Origin: Candidatus Bilamarchaeum dharawalense
GTDB taxonomy: Archaea > Micrarchaeota > Micrarchaeia > Anstonellales > Bilamarchaeaceae
DNA length: 64,000 bases
NCBI GenBank assembly: GCA_902386555.1
Contig: CABMJJ010000009.1
Location: forward strand, 25,680-89,679
Reading direction: 5' to 3'
The first letter of the stretch is position 1. Every line of letters starts with the position of its first letter. Under the pieces are notes generated by a model that saw only the letters and a program-made list of their open reading frames with translations, searched no databases and had not been told where the DNA came from. The position numbers were made by a program, and so were the translations under genes. Positions 1 through 10,500 of the stretch are shown here, in pieces.

Positions 1-356
1 CCCACCATACCAATTTTCGAATCGTTAAACTTTTCAACTAATTTTTGGAAAGTAAATCTTTCTAGTTGAACATCAGCGCTACAAAGAATGATCAGGTCAC
101 CTTTTGCATGACTAAGACCAAGATTTACTGCAGAGACTTTGCCTAAACGTTTAGGTTCACGCAATAGAGAGATTTTTTTATCGGGAATTTTTGTTACAAT
201 GGCATCGGTTCCGTCTGTTGATCCTGATGATACCACAAGAATTTCTTTTATGGGTGCATAGGAAAGTTTTTGATCAAGGACTTGTAAAAGGAGTTTCTCG
301 ATGTTTTTCTCCTCATTGTAAGCACACATGATAACAGAAATATTTGGCTTTGCCAT
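1..356 (-). CDS. Family-2 glycosyltransferase, N-terminal part (gene runs off the window edge)
   Basis: I translated the minus strand from the ATG at 356: MAKPNISVIMCAYNEEKNIEKLLLQVLDQ...SSGSTDGTDAIV...KRLGKVSAVNLG. This is a typical GT2 N-terminus. It is absent from the ORF track because it is truncated. Confidence 0.6.
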   Translation of the reverse strand, partial: MAKPNISVIMCAYNEEKNIEKLLLQVLDQKLSYAPIKEILVVSSGSTDGTDAIVTKIPDKKISLLREPKRLGKVSAVNLGLSHAKGDLIILCSADVQLERFTFQKLVEKFNDSKIGMV

Positions 357-399
357 CAATTGTTTTGGGAGAATAAGGATAAAAAATACAGACTATGGT

Positions 400-2343
400 T
401 CAGTTGGATCGGTTCTTTGGTAGATATACCAAAATAGTGTCATCTTCATAGATTGGCTTTCCAAAAGCTTGTTCAAGCGGCGGTTGAATCTGATCCATTA
501 CTGTTGAATTATATTCCGTCATATCACCAAAAAAACAAGCCACCGGATTTAGACAATGAACTTTGTCAAAAACAAGATAGTCATAGTTGAATTCGTTCAT
601 AATTTTAGTTGTTTTCTCAGCTAGTTCATCTCTAGATTGGTTATCGAAATAGGATCCGTTGTATGCTACGAATAGATCATTTCCGTTATCTGGAAAACGG
701 GATACTAACCCAAGAGAAATGGGTTTACCGTGGAATGTCTGATAGTATAATTCATTCATAAGTGAATAGTAATTGGCATAGGGATAGATGAAAATAGTTT
801 TTGCACTTTCATCTTTAGCAAGATCAAGGTAAAATTGAGGGACTTTCTCTTGAAAAATGAATCTCTCCGGGTTAGGCATAGACTGGATAAACACAAGTAG
901 AAAAAGCGCTGAGGAAAATAAAATTACTTTTAGATTTTTTGTTTTTAATAGCCGTTTTAAAACTAAAGCAGAAAGCACGGATAGGAATAACAATGCGAAT
1001 AGTAGGAATCTTGCAGGGACTCGCAACACAGGCATGAGCGGGAAGAGAGAGGGAGTGAGAAATGGGGTGACAAACAAAAGCGAGTCTCCGAGTTTTATAA
1101 TCGGAAAAGAAAATGCGATACAGAGAAGTGAAAAATTCCTAAAATAAATTTCTTCTTTGGAAGCAGAGGGAAGGATGGCGGAGATAAGTGGAAAAAGGAA
1201 TGGACCAGTTAACAAAAATAATAGAGTAAGTAGCACACCAATCAGATCAGGGAATTCTGCATCATAGTTCCAGACATTTTTGATGTGTTCAAAAAAACTA
1301 ATTTGAGAGAGTGCTGGAATATCTAACTTGAAGTCCAGTACAAATCGGTCAAGCGGAATCGCATATCTAATAATATTCACGATTATGGAGTCCTGATAGA
1401 AAGGATAGGAGGGTTGTAGGAAAAGGAATAGCAGATATAGGACTACTGGAACTGCTATGGTAACCATCATTTGGAAATATTTGAATTTTGATTCTGTTTT
1501 TATTAGCGCTTTGGGTCCGAGTATTAGTAGACAGCCTCCAAAAAATAAGAGTGACGGAACAGTGTAGGTCAGTATTGAGGATATTCCAAAAAATGCGAAT
1601 GATTCGTACAAAACAAACGAGAGTAGTACAGATAGGGCAAGGATAATTGTGTTCCTAGGGGTCCATAATTTGATTGAAGCCCCATCAAGATATCTTGAGA
1701 AAATATCTAGGAAAACAATAAAACTAAGCATTATGGTGATTGTTAGCTCGCTAAACGCGACCATTAGAAAAGCAAAGGATAGAAGAAGGTAATTTAGTCT
1801 TTTTTTAGGAGTTGAATAAACCATCTCGAAATAGAAAATAAAAAACAATGCAACCCAGGGCATTGCCATGCTGTAGTTGAGATGATGCAGTGCTTTTTCA
1901 AAATGAAACGCAGAGAAATTGTAAACCAGCGAAGCCAACATGGATGGTAAAAAAGATTTGGTAAATCTGTAGGCTAGAACAAATGAAAAAAGACCGCCGA
2001 GTATAAATGGGATGACCTGAAGGATGGTTATTCTCCCATAGGTACCCAGGCTGGATGGAAGTAGGCAGTAGAGGAGGGTATGGATGGGGGATAGTACGGT
2101 GGTTGTAAGACTGATACCATAGGGATAGAAAACTTCATTGGCCATAAGAGGGTTTGTACCATGTTGCACGCTTTGCTCAAAATGCCAAAGCATCCAGATA
2201 CCGAATTTGATATCTTCAGCACCCACCAGCACTTTTCCAAAACTCATGATGGAGGGGTAGAAAAAGAAAAAGGTCAGGAGACTGGTAATGAGTAAGCAAA
2301 GAAGGATTTCTGTATGCGGGATAGAAAAATTCAAAATCTTCAT
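400..2343 (-). CDS. Polytopic membrane protein, probable GT-C-type glycosyltransferase (PMT/ArnT/YfhO-like)
   Basis: 647 aa with more than 12 hydrophobic segments. An acidic pair (GAEDIKFG) sits in the first loop after TM1, as in GT-C enzymes. It lies 14 bp downstream of a Dol-P-hexose synthase gene. There is no WWDxG motif, so it is not AglB. Confidence 0.45.
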   Translation of the reverse strand: MKILNFSIPHTEILLCLLITSLLTFFFFYPSIMSFGKVLVGAEDIKFGIWMLWHFEQSVQHGTNPLMANEVFYPYGISLTTTVLSPIHTLLYCLLPSSLGTYGRITILQVIPFILGGLFSFVLAYRFTKSFLPSMLASLVYNFSAFHFEKALHHLNYSMAMPWVALFFIFYFEMVYSTPKKRLNYLLLSFAFLMVAFSELTITIMLSFIVFLDIFSRYLDGASIKLWTPRNTIILALSVLLSFVLYESFAFFGISSILTYTVPSLLFFGGCLLILGPKALIKTESKFKYFQMMVTIAVPVVLYLLFLFLQPSYPFYQDSIIVNIIRYAIPLDRFVLDFKLDIPALSQISFFEHIKNVWNYDAEFPDLIGVLLTLLFLLTGPFLFPLISAILPSASKEEIYFRNFSLLCIAFSFPIIKLGDSLLFVTPFLTPSLFPLMPVLRVPARFLLFALLFLSVLSALVLKRLLKTKNLKVILFSSALFLLVFIQSMPNPERFIFQEKVPQFYLDLAKDESAKTIFIYPYANYYSLMNELYYQTFHGKPISLGLVSRFPDNGNDLFVAYNGSYFDNQSRDELAEKTTKIMNEFNYDYLVFDKVHCLNPVACFFGDMTEYNSTVMDQIQPPLEQAFGKPIYEDDTILVYLPKNRSN

Positions 2344-2357
2344 TATATCTCCATTGA

Positions 2358-3035
2358 CTACAGCACTAACCTAATCAAATCAAAAAGATAATTAATTACT
2401 TCCCTAACCCCCAACTTTGTTTTCCCAGAGTAACGAAGAGCAAAAGTATATGGGAAATCCTTAATCTTGATTTTAGTATTATCATGAAGGATATTCAAGA
2501 GAATTTTGTAGCCTCTGACGCGGATTTTTGTTTTTTCAAAGATATTTTTCTTAATTAGGAAAAAACCACTCATTGGATCAGAAGTTGAGTTTCCTATTAG
2601 TGGTCTGCACAGGAATTCTGCAGTTTTTGAAATAAAATCTCTGTGAGCAGCAAGATTGCGGTCTCCGGTCTTACCGATGTTCCTACTGGCAACAATAAGA
2701 TCAAAATCATCCTTAAGGTCAAACATTTTTCGAGCAATTTGGGGTGGGTGTGAAAGATCCCCATCCATAATTAGTAGCCACGTGGCACTGGCAATTTTGA
2801 CTCCGGCCTGAACTGCGGTTGCAAGACCCAATTTGCCTGAACGGGTAACAAGTTTGACTGCTTTTCCAAAATCTTTTTGCGAACGGATGGTATCAGCAGT
2901 ACCATCTGGGGAGTTGTCATCAACAAAAATAACCTCGTAATCGGTGTCTTTAAAAGTAGCTGACAGGAGCTTCATCAAAGGAGCAATATTACCTTTTTCA
3001 TTGTAGGTGGGTATGATAATGGATAGATTGGTCAT
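2358..3035 (-). CDS. Dolichyl/polyprenyl-phosphate mannose (hexose) synthase, GT2
   Basis: IIIPTYNEKGNI, VIFVDDNSPDGT, MDGDLSHPP, DPMSGFF and GYKILL all match the DPM1/archaeal Dol-P-Man synthase family. Confidence 0.75.
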   Translation of the reverse strand: MTNLSIIIPTYNEKGNIAPLMKLLSATFKDTDYEVIFVDDNSPDGTADTIRSQKDFGKAVKLVTRSGKLGLATAVQAGVKIASATWLLIMDGDLSHPPQIARKMFDLKDDFDLIVASRNIGKTGDRNLAAHRDFISKTAEFLCRPLIGNSTSDPMSGFFLIKKNIFEKTKIRVRGYKILLNILHDNTKIKIKDFPYTFALRYSGKTKLGVREVINYLFDLIRLVL

Positions 3036-3106
3036 GAAAACACTAGAATAACACTTAGATAAATCTTTTTAAACATTAACGTATACATGAATCCCAAGGT
3101 GAATGG

Positions 3107-3460
3107 ATGAATATACTTAGTTATCTTAACAAAGTGAATTCTGTTGGTAAGTACCTGGTTTTAGTGGTACTGGTTCTGAACTTGTTACCTGCAGTCTTTG
3201 CCTCTGGAAGTATAGGAGCTGCCCTCGCATCAATGTGTAGCATGGCAAAATTGTTCCTAGCTGTTGGGGCTTTATTGATGATTATATTGGCTGGTGCAGT
3301 ATATGCAATTGGCCAAATCATGGGTGCTGAAACAAGAGCAAGAGCCTCGGTTTGGGCAACTGCAATGCTTACGGGTGCAATTATTGGTGCTTTGATCTAC
3401 CTGGTTGCTCCGGTGATAGTTCAGGCATTAATAGGAAACGCATTTAGCAGCTCTTGTTAA
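3107..3460 (+). CDS. Small membrane protein (about 3 TM), function unknown
   Basis: 117 aa, Ala/Gly/Leu-rich hydrophobic helices. An oligo-T tract follows the stop. Confidence 0.4.
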   Translation: MNILSYLNKVNSVGKYLVLVVLVLNLLPAVFASGSIGAALASMCSMAKLFLAVGALLMIILAGAVYAIGQIMGAETRARASVWATAMLTGAIIGALIYLVAPVIVQALIGNAFSSSC

Positions 3461-3530
3461 TTTTTCATTTTTATTTTTTATTATTCGTGCGATACCCGAC
3501 ATTTAAAAACCTTCTAATCGAATTCTTAGC

Positions 3531-4241
3531 ATGAGCTTAGGCGTAAACGAAGAGATGCCGATTCTAAGAGGTAATAGACTGTCCACTGGAATAGCTGATT
3601 TGGACATGGTACTTGAAGGCGGATATCTAAACCCAGGTAATGAGATAATCATGGGTCCGAGTAGTATAGAAAAAAGTGCCCTGGCATACCATTTTGCAGC
3701 ATCAGCCGACCAAAAGGAGAATGTCTACATCATATGTGGAGGTTATTCTCCCAATGATATAATTGAAAAGGCAACAGGAATTGGACTAAATCTGAATAGG
3801 GAAAATATCAAGTTCATCGATTGTTACACTGCAACGCTGGGAACAGGGGAGATAGCCTCAACTGAAAAGATAAAGATAGTTGCGGGTCCAAGTGCCTTGA
3901 ATGACATCTCACTGGCAATAAACGAAGCGATAACAGAGAGTACGGGTAAGAAAATGAGAGTTGTTTTTGATACTCTTTCAACTTTTGTTCTTTACAATCA
4001 AAAAGATTCTATCAGAAAATTCTTGAATTTAATAGAAGGCAGGTTGAAGGGAGTGGGAGCAACAACACTCTATCTGGTGGACGATGGTGTCCATGACAAG
4101 CAAACAATCAGCCTGATGTTACAGGGTATGGACGCAGTATATACTATTGTAGATAATGGAGGGAAATTTTCCTTGACCATACCGGATTTGGATATGCCAG
4201 TTCCAATTAAAGTGGGACCAACGGGGGTTGTGATTTTATGA
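3531..4241 (+). CDS. KaiC/RecA-superfamily (COG0467-like) protein with degenerate Walker A
   Basis: LSTGIADLDMVLEGGY..GNEIIMGP matches the KaiC/Rad55 N-terminal pattern. The P-loop reads GPSSIEKS instead of GxxGxGK[ST]. Confidence 0.6.
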   Translation: MSLGVNEEMPILRGNRLSTGIADLDMVLEGGYLNPGNEIIMGPSSIEKSALAYHFAASADQKENVYIICGGYSPNDIIEKATGIGLNLNRENIKFIDCYTATLGTGEIASTEKIKIVAGPSALNDISLAINEAITESTGKKMRVVFDTLSTFVLYNQKDSIRKFLNLIEGRLKGVGATTLYLVDDGVHDKQTISLMLQGMDAVYTIVDNGGKFSLTIPDLDMPVPIKVGPTGVVIL

Positions 4242-4561
4242 GCGCCGAACTTGAAACTCTTCTCAACGAGATGAAAACTAGAGGAATTGGTGGTGCAGTG
4301 ATCCAGGTTGATGGGGTGGTAGTCCAATCAACCATTGCCTTGAATGATGTTAGTTCGGGTTTACTTGCTTCCGTTGCCAATGTATCTGATGCGATGATAA
4401 AGAAGATGGACGATAAACAAAGAGAAATAGAGGTTTCGTTCGGTGGGCTTATTCTTGTTATGGTTCCGATAAAAAATCATATTTTCTGCGGTCTGGTTAA
4501 GGATAGAGAAGAGAAAAAAATAGTATCCGAATATGCACAGAAAGCAAAGGCACTTCTCTGA
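4238..4561 (+). CDS. Roadblock/LC7 (MglB-like) domain protein
   Basis: 107 aa. The pattern GIGGAVIQVDGVVVQS...VANVSDAMIKKM is typical of Roadblock/LC7. ATGA start/stop overlap with the upstream gene. Confidence 0.5.
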   Translation: MSAELETLLNEMKTRGIGGAVIQVDGVVVQSTIALNDVSSGLLASVANVSDAMIKKMDDKQREIEVSFGGLILVMVPIKNHIFCGLVKDREEKKIVSEYAQKAKALL

Positions 4562-4571
4562 AGTTGATTAG

Positions 4572-5879
4572 ATGGATTATGGACAAATACTTTCAAAATA
4601 TCACTATGCAGAACTACGAATCGAGAGAAGCGCAGATTCACTGGTTAGTATAAAAGATGAAGAAGTCAAGCATTCGTCTGGGTTTTCAGAAGGAGTGAGT
4701 GTGAGAGTACTTGAGAACGGATCCTGGGGATTCGCATCAAGCAATAATTTAAACGACATCGAGATGCTGTTGCAGAAAGCACACAAACTAGCAGCGTTGA
4801 ATTCTGGAAAAATTAAATTGAAACTCCCTCCACAGGAAAAAAAAGAGAGTGGGGATAGGGGTAAAGCTACAGATGGAGAGGGGCAGATCAAAGAATTGCT
4901 GGAAGCAGGCAAACTTATGAAAGCCCAGTCCATCACATCTAGAACAATCTCATCAACAGATTCGACTTTGAAAAAAGAATTTTACAATTCGCAGGGAAGC
5001 GAGATAATCGAGGAAAGACTCTATACCTATGTGTCCTGTACTGCAATTGCAAAGTCAGAAGGTCTAATTCAAAGAGGATCGGAAAGAGCATGGTCACGAA
5101 GCGGGTTTGGAAAAATTAACTTGCAAGAAATTGCTGAAGAAGCAAAAAACAAGGCAATCCGACTATTGACTGCAGGTCCTCCACCCAAAGGTAGATTTAC
5201 TGTGGTTCTAGACCCGGAGATGACAGGTGTATTCAGCCACGAAGCAGTTGGTCATGCCTGTGAAGCTGACTCGGTGGTTGACAGAGAATCCATATTGGCA
5301 GGAAAACTAGGTAAAAAAATAGGTAACGAATTGGTTACCATCGTGGACGATCCAACTGCCAATGATTTTGGCGGTTACAGATACGATGATGAAGGCGTTG
5401 AAGCAAGACCTGCAACATTAATTGATAAGGGAATTTTGAAGACATTCATGAATTCCATGGAAACTGCACAGGAACTGGGCCTGGAACTTAATGGCCATAC
5501 GAGAGCAGGGGAGTATTCGGAAGTTCCCATTATTAGAATGAGTAACACATATTTCCAAAAAGGCGACAGCACACTAAACGATGTTTTTGACGTACGCGAT
5601 GGTGTGTATTTGAAAGGCATGCGAGGCGGAAGCGTGGATATTTTCTCAGGAGGTTTCATGTTCAAAGCTGAGGAAGCCTATGAGATAAAAAATGGTGAAA
5701 AACAAAAAATAATGCGAGATGTTACCATAAGCGGAAATATTCTGCAAACCATGCTTGATGTTGAATGTGTTGGAAATGATTTTGGAACAAGCCCCGGAAT
5801 CTGTGGAAAGATGGGCCAGGAAGCTCCAGTAAGCGATGGCGGACCCCACATAAGGATAAAGAATGTTGCCATAGGATAA
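4572..5879 (+). CDS. tldD: TldD/PmbA-family metalloprotease
   Basis: 435 aa. HEAVGHACE (HExxxH) plus the C-terminal GGxxxI...NV pattern of TldD/PmbA. Confidence 0.75.
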   Translation: MDYGQILSKYHYAELRIERSADSLVSIKDEEVKHSSGFSEGVSVRVLENGSWGFASSNNLNDIEMLLQKAHKLAALNSGKIKLKLPPQEKKESGDRGKATDGEGQIKELLEAGKLMKAQSITSRTISSTDSTLKKEFYNSQGSEIIEERLYTYVSCTAIAKSEGLIQRGSERAWSRSGFGKINLQEIAEEAKNKAIRLLTAGPPPKGRFTVVLDPEMTGVFSHEAVGHACEADSVVDRESILAGKLGKKIGNELVTIVDDPTANDFGGYRYDDEGVEARPATLIDKGILKTFMNSMETAQELGLELNGHTRAGEYSEVPIIRMSNTYFQKGDSTLNDVFDVRDGVYLKGMRGGSVDIFSGGFMFKAEEAYEIKNGEKQKIMRDVTISGNILQTMLDVECVGNDFGTSPGICGKMGQEAPVSDGGPHIRIKNVAIG

Positions 5880-5892
5880 TTCTAGGGGATAA

Positions 5893-7047
5893 ATGGGCGA
5901 CTTTGAGTCGTTTTGTATAGGTCTACTTACTGGTTTTGTCAGTGGTTTTTTTCCTGGACTTCATCCGAACATGATAATTCCGATATTATCTTCTCTTGGA
6001 ATTGATGATCGGACACTTGCGATTTTGATTATCTCTCTTTACCCTGCCAATCTCATCTCTTCATTTATTCCATCAATATTTTTCGGAGTTCCAGATGGTA
6101 GAACGGTGGTGACCATATTGCCTGGTCAGAGAATGGTATTGGAAGGCAAGGGGTTGAATGCACTTAAGGTAGTGTTATTTTCATCAATAGTTACTGCCCT
6201 TCTCGCAGTGGGTGTTCTCTATTTCTCATTGGATTTTTTTTCCTGGGCCTACGAAGTCATCAGAAAAGAGATGAGTTGGATTTTACTTGCAATTGTTATT
6301 CTGCTGCTTGCAAGAGGAAAAAAACCGCATTTTTCAGCTTTTGTTTTTATTCTATCTGGGTTGCTTGGTAAATTTAGCCTTGGAAGTGATATGGTTGATC
6401 CATTTTTACCTTTATTTTCAGGTATGTTTACCATTGCAGCTATTCTGAATTATAGAAGAAGCAATGTGCCAAAGCAAGACGATGAGAAAATAGAATTTGA
6501 TTTTGGTAAATTTATAATCATTGGAATTGTTTTAGGTATGCTGGCAGATTTGATACCGGGAATCGGATCTCCAGCCCAAATGGCCACATTTGCAACCATA
6601 TTCTTGCCCATAAACACTCTTGGTTATTTGGCCACCATAAGCTCCATATCAGTGAGCCAGGCAATTTTTTCATTGGCAACTTCAGCATCAATTGGGAAAA
6701 GTCGGGTAGGGGCAATGATATGGTTAGCAGAATCCATTGACATTGGAAAAAATCTGCCATTTCTGATCGGATTGTTCATCCTAAGTATGGCCATTTCAAT
6801 TGGTGGAGTTTACCTTATTAGAAAACAGGCTGCAGGATTAGCAGGATGGGATTTTTCAAAAATGAATATTATTCTGTCTCTCTATCTTTTTGCGATTACT
6901 TTCGTAATTGATGGTTGGTTTGGATTGGGAGTTCTAATCATTTCTGCTGTTCTTGGATGGCTAACAATAAAACTGGGAGTAGAAAGAACCATGCTCATGG
7001 GTTCCATAATTATTCCAACATTACTTCTTCTTTTTAGAATTTTTTGA
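5893..7047 (+). CDS. TctA-like (DUF112) integral membrane protein
   Basis: Two internal repeats of the G..G...G..PG(L/I)(H/G) motif (GLLTGFVSGFFPGLHP and GIVLGMLADLIPGIGSP). About 10 TM segments. Confidence 0.5.
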   Translation: MGDFESFCIGLLTGFVSGFFPGLHPNMIIPILSSLGIDDRTLAILIISLYPANLISSFIPSIFFGVPDGRTVVTILPGQRMVLEGKGLNALKVVLFSSIVTALLAVGVLYFSLDFFSWAYEVIRKEMSWILLAIVILLLARGKKPHFSAFVFILSGLLGKFSLGSDMVDPFLPLFSGMFTIAAILNYRRSNVPKQDDEKIEFDFGKFIIIGIVLGMLADLIPGIGSPAQMATFATIFLPINTLGYLATISSISVSQAIFSLATSASIGKSRVGAMIWLAESIDIGKNLPFLIGLFILSMAISIGGVYLIRKQAAGLAGWDFSKMNIILSLYLFAITFVIDGWFGLGVLIISAVLGWLTIKLGVERTMLMGSIIIPTLLLLFRIF

Positions 7048-7494
7048 GTTTTTATCTTTAGATAATCTTTTACCAAGCCAAGGACCGATGAAATAACCAA
7101 ATCCAGAGAAAATTGTGCCGAGTATTATGTTCATAAGAAGACTGACAAGCATGACAAGGACTAGTTCAGGACCAAGAGGAAGGGAAACACCGAGAACAGG
7201 AATATGCACGAGATACCCGACCAAAGTCGCAACAAAAAAGATCATGGTTCCTGCACCTGAGGTAATGGCACCATTGATAAGTGCATTCTTGAAATCAAGT
7301 GCTATCCAGCCAGCGTAAACAATTACCATTAATCTAACAAAAAGTACTATGGTGCCTAGAAAGGAACCTTGAGAAAGAGAGGGGAGAATACCAACAAGGA
7401 TGAGAATGGATTGTAGTGCAGCTAGACCAACAACCAGCAGAATGATTTGCTTCAGATTCATAAAAAGATCTAGCACGGGCAATAATAAAAGCAT
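7021..7494 (-). CDS. Small membrane protein with Lys-rich C-terminal tail
   Basis: 157 aa, 4-5 TM, tail KDKNSKNSKKKK. Starts 8 nt after the carB stop (alternative ATG at 7461). Its 3' end overlaps the convergent 5893..7047 gene by 27 nt. Confidence 0.4.
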   Translation of the reverse strand: MLLLLPVLDLFMNLKQIILLVVGLAALQSILILVGILPSLSQGSFLGTIVLFVRLMVIVYAGWIALDFKNALINGAITSGAGTMIFFVATLVGYLVHIPVLGVSLPLGPELVLVMLVSLLMNIILGTIFSGFGYFIGPWLGKRLSKDKNSKNSKKKK

Positions 7495-7502
7495 AGTGGA
7501 AA

Positions 7503-10500
7503 CTAATCGCGGTATTGGTCCACACGTCTTATATCCAACTCTTTCTTTTGTAATTCAACCAATGCTTTGAGAAATTCGTAGGCAGTATTTACATTGGTGA
7601 TACAGGGAATACCACTAAGGATACTGGTTCTGCGCATTTTGTAACCATCGGTGTTGGCTGCCCCTCCTTTTGTGGGTGTGTTTATTACAAGATCAACTAT
7701 GCCAGATTCGATAAGCTCCACAACATCCGGACTACCCATACCTATTTTTGGAATGGTTATGGCACCGGCCACCCCACCAACAGTCCCCATGGTTCCATAA
7801 ACAGTAAAATCAAGTTTTTTGAGAAGTTCGGTGATTTTTTGAACATGCTTTTTATCTTCGTCATTTAAACTAATGAACGCACTGTGTTTTTTACCTTCGC
7901 GTAAACGAATTCCAGCTGCAAGAAGTGCTTTGTAATAGGCCATTTCGAATGTTTTTCCAATGCCCATGGTCTCTCCGGTGCTGCGCATCTCCGGTCCGAG
8001 TTTTATATCAGTACCAAGAAGCTTGAGAAATGGAAAAACAACACTTTTCACTGCAAAATGATTCATCTTAGGATTGAGTTTTGGGAGTTTCTCACCTAGC
8101 ATTGCTTTGAGTGCCAACTTAGTCATTGGAATGTCAATTGCCTTGCTCACAAATGGAACCGTACGGCTGGCTCTGGGGTTTACCTCAAGAATGTAGACCA
8201 CCCCTTCTTTCACCACATACTGTACATTAACCAAACCGATGATACCAATGGCTTTGCAAAGTTTCTCAGTATGCTCAACAAGTGTTTTTTTGTCCTGATC
8301 AGTTAACCTTATGGAGGGAAGAACAATATTGGCATCACCAGAATGGATACCTGCCGGTTCTACGTGTTCCATAAGTCCGCCAATGAACACTGTTGTTCCA
8401 TCGCTGACCGCATCAACTTCACATTCTATGGCATTATCAAGATAGCGATCAATCAGAACCGGACGCTTTTGACTAACTTCAACTGCCTCGGTTATGTAAC
8501 GACGGAGTTCTTCATCACTCCTGACAATCTCCATGGCTCGCCCTGCTATAACATAACTGGGTCTAACCACAACAGGATAACCAATTTCAGAAGCAACAGA
8601 CAATGCCTGCTCCTCGCTGGAGGCAGTTCCATTTTTGGGTTGGGGTATTTTGAGTTTGTTGGCAAGATCTCGGAATCGATCTCGGTCTGACGCAATATCA
8701 ATTCCATCAACAGAGGTACCCAATAGTGGTGCACCTGCTTTTACAAGAGCTTCTGCAAGATTGATACTAGTTTGGCCACCAAGCTGTACAACAACACCAA
8801 ACGGTTTTTCATGCTCAATAATATTCATTACATCTTCGAAAGTTAAGGGTTCGAAATAAAGTCTGTCACTGGAATCAAAATCCGTACTAACTGTTTCAGG
8901 ATTGTTATTGATCATTATGCTTTTATAGCCAAGATCACGAAGAGCAAATGCAGCCTGGGAACAGCAGTAATCAAATTCAATACCCTGGCCGATCCTTATT
9001 GGCCCCGAACCAATAACAACCACCTTCTTCCCATCCATGACGCTGGCTTCGTTTTCCTGTTCATAGACAGAATAGTAATAGGGGGTGAGGGCTTCGAATT
9101 CACCTGCGCAGGAATCAACTATTTTATAGGTTGGGATTATACCAAACGATTTGCGAAGGGAACGAACTTCCAATTCGGTCATCTCTTTTAGATTGGCAAT
9201 TTGCAGATCAGAAAAACCAGACCGTTTGGCTTCGAACGTTAGTTCTTTTGATAGATTTTCAGTTTTGATTTTTTTCTCAAGTTTAACCAATGATTCTAAG
9301 CGTCTGAGGAACCATTTATTGATTTTTGTTATTTTATAAATATCATCAACGGTCCTGCCTTTGCGGAATGCTTCCAGGATAGCAAAAATACGAAGATCAG
9401 TAGCTGGATAGAGATGTTCATCGGGGCTTATTTGTTTTGGAATTTTGATTTCCAAACTTCGCAATGCCTTGTTAAGAGCTTCTTGAAAAGTTCTTCCAAT
9501 GGCCATTACTTCACCTGTGCTTTTCATCTGGGTCCCGATAAGTCGTGAAGTCTTTGGAAATTTGTCAAATGGCCATCGTGGGATTTTAACAACAACATAA
9601 TCAAGGGCAGGTTCGAAAGCTGCGGATGTGCCGGTTATGGCATTTTTAATTTCCGGAAGACTATAGCCAAGTGCAATTTTAGTTGCAACTCTTGCAATTG
9701 GGTAACCAGTTGCTTTTGAGGCAAGTGCAGATGAACGAGAAAGTCTTGGATTAACTTCTATGACCACATAGTCTCCAGTTTGCTGGTTCATTGCAAGCTG
9801 AACATTACACCCGCCTTCAATGCCAATGGCATGGACTATTCTAAGTGATGCTTCACGGAGAGTTTGATGATCAACATCGCTGAGGGTTTGGGATGGAGCA
9901 ACAACTATACTTTCACCAGTATGTATGCCCATGGGATCGATATTTTCCATATTACAAATTATTTGTGCATTGCCCTGGGAGTCTCGAATAACTTCATATT
10001 CAAATTCACCCCAACCAATCACACTTCGCTCGACCAATGCTTCGTTGGTGGCACTTAGACGTAGAGCCAGCTCCATGATTTTTTCCAATTCCTGCTCACT
10101 GTTTGCAGTTCCACCGCCAGTTCCGCCCAAAGTGAATGATGGTCTGATGATAACAGGGTAGCCATTTTTATTGGCAAATTCTTTTGCACTTTCATAATCA
10201 TGAACAACACGGCCAGGCAAAATAGGAACATGAATTTTTTCCATTAGACGATTGAAATGTTCTCTTGATTCGGCAACCTCTATTGAATCGGAATTGGTCC
10301 CTAAAAAACGAACATTGTATTTTTCTAAAATGCCTTTTTTCACAAGTTCCATGGAAAGATTTAAACCTGTCTGACCTCCCATGGTTGCAATCAGTGCTTC
10401 TGGTTTTTCCTTTGCAATTATTTTTTCCAAAACAGAAGCAGTAAGTGGTTCTATATAGACAATGTCTGCCGTGTCCTTGTCGGTTTGGATTGTTGCTGGA

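Noticed and set aside
3107-3460. TrbC/VirB2-like pilin assignment for the 117-aa membrane protein
   Set aside because: The only basis is general size and two-to-three-helix hydrophobic similarity. No conjugation or secretion genes are nearby, so it is left as a hypothetical membrane protein.
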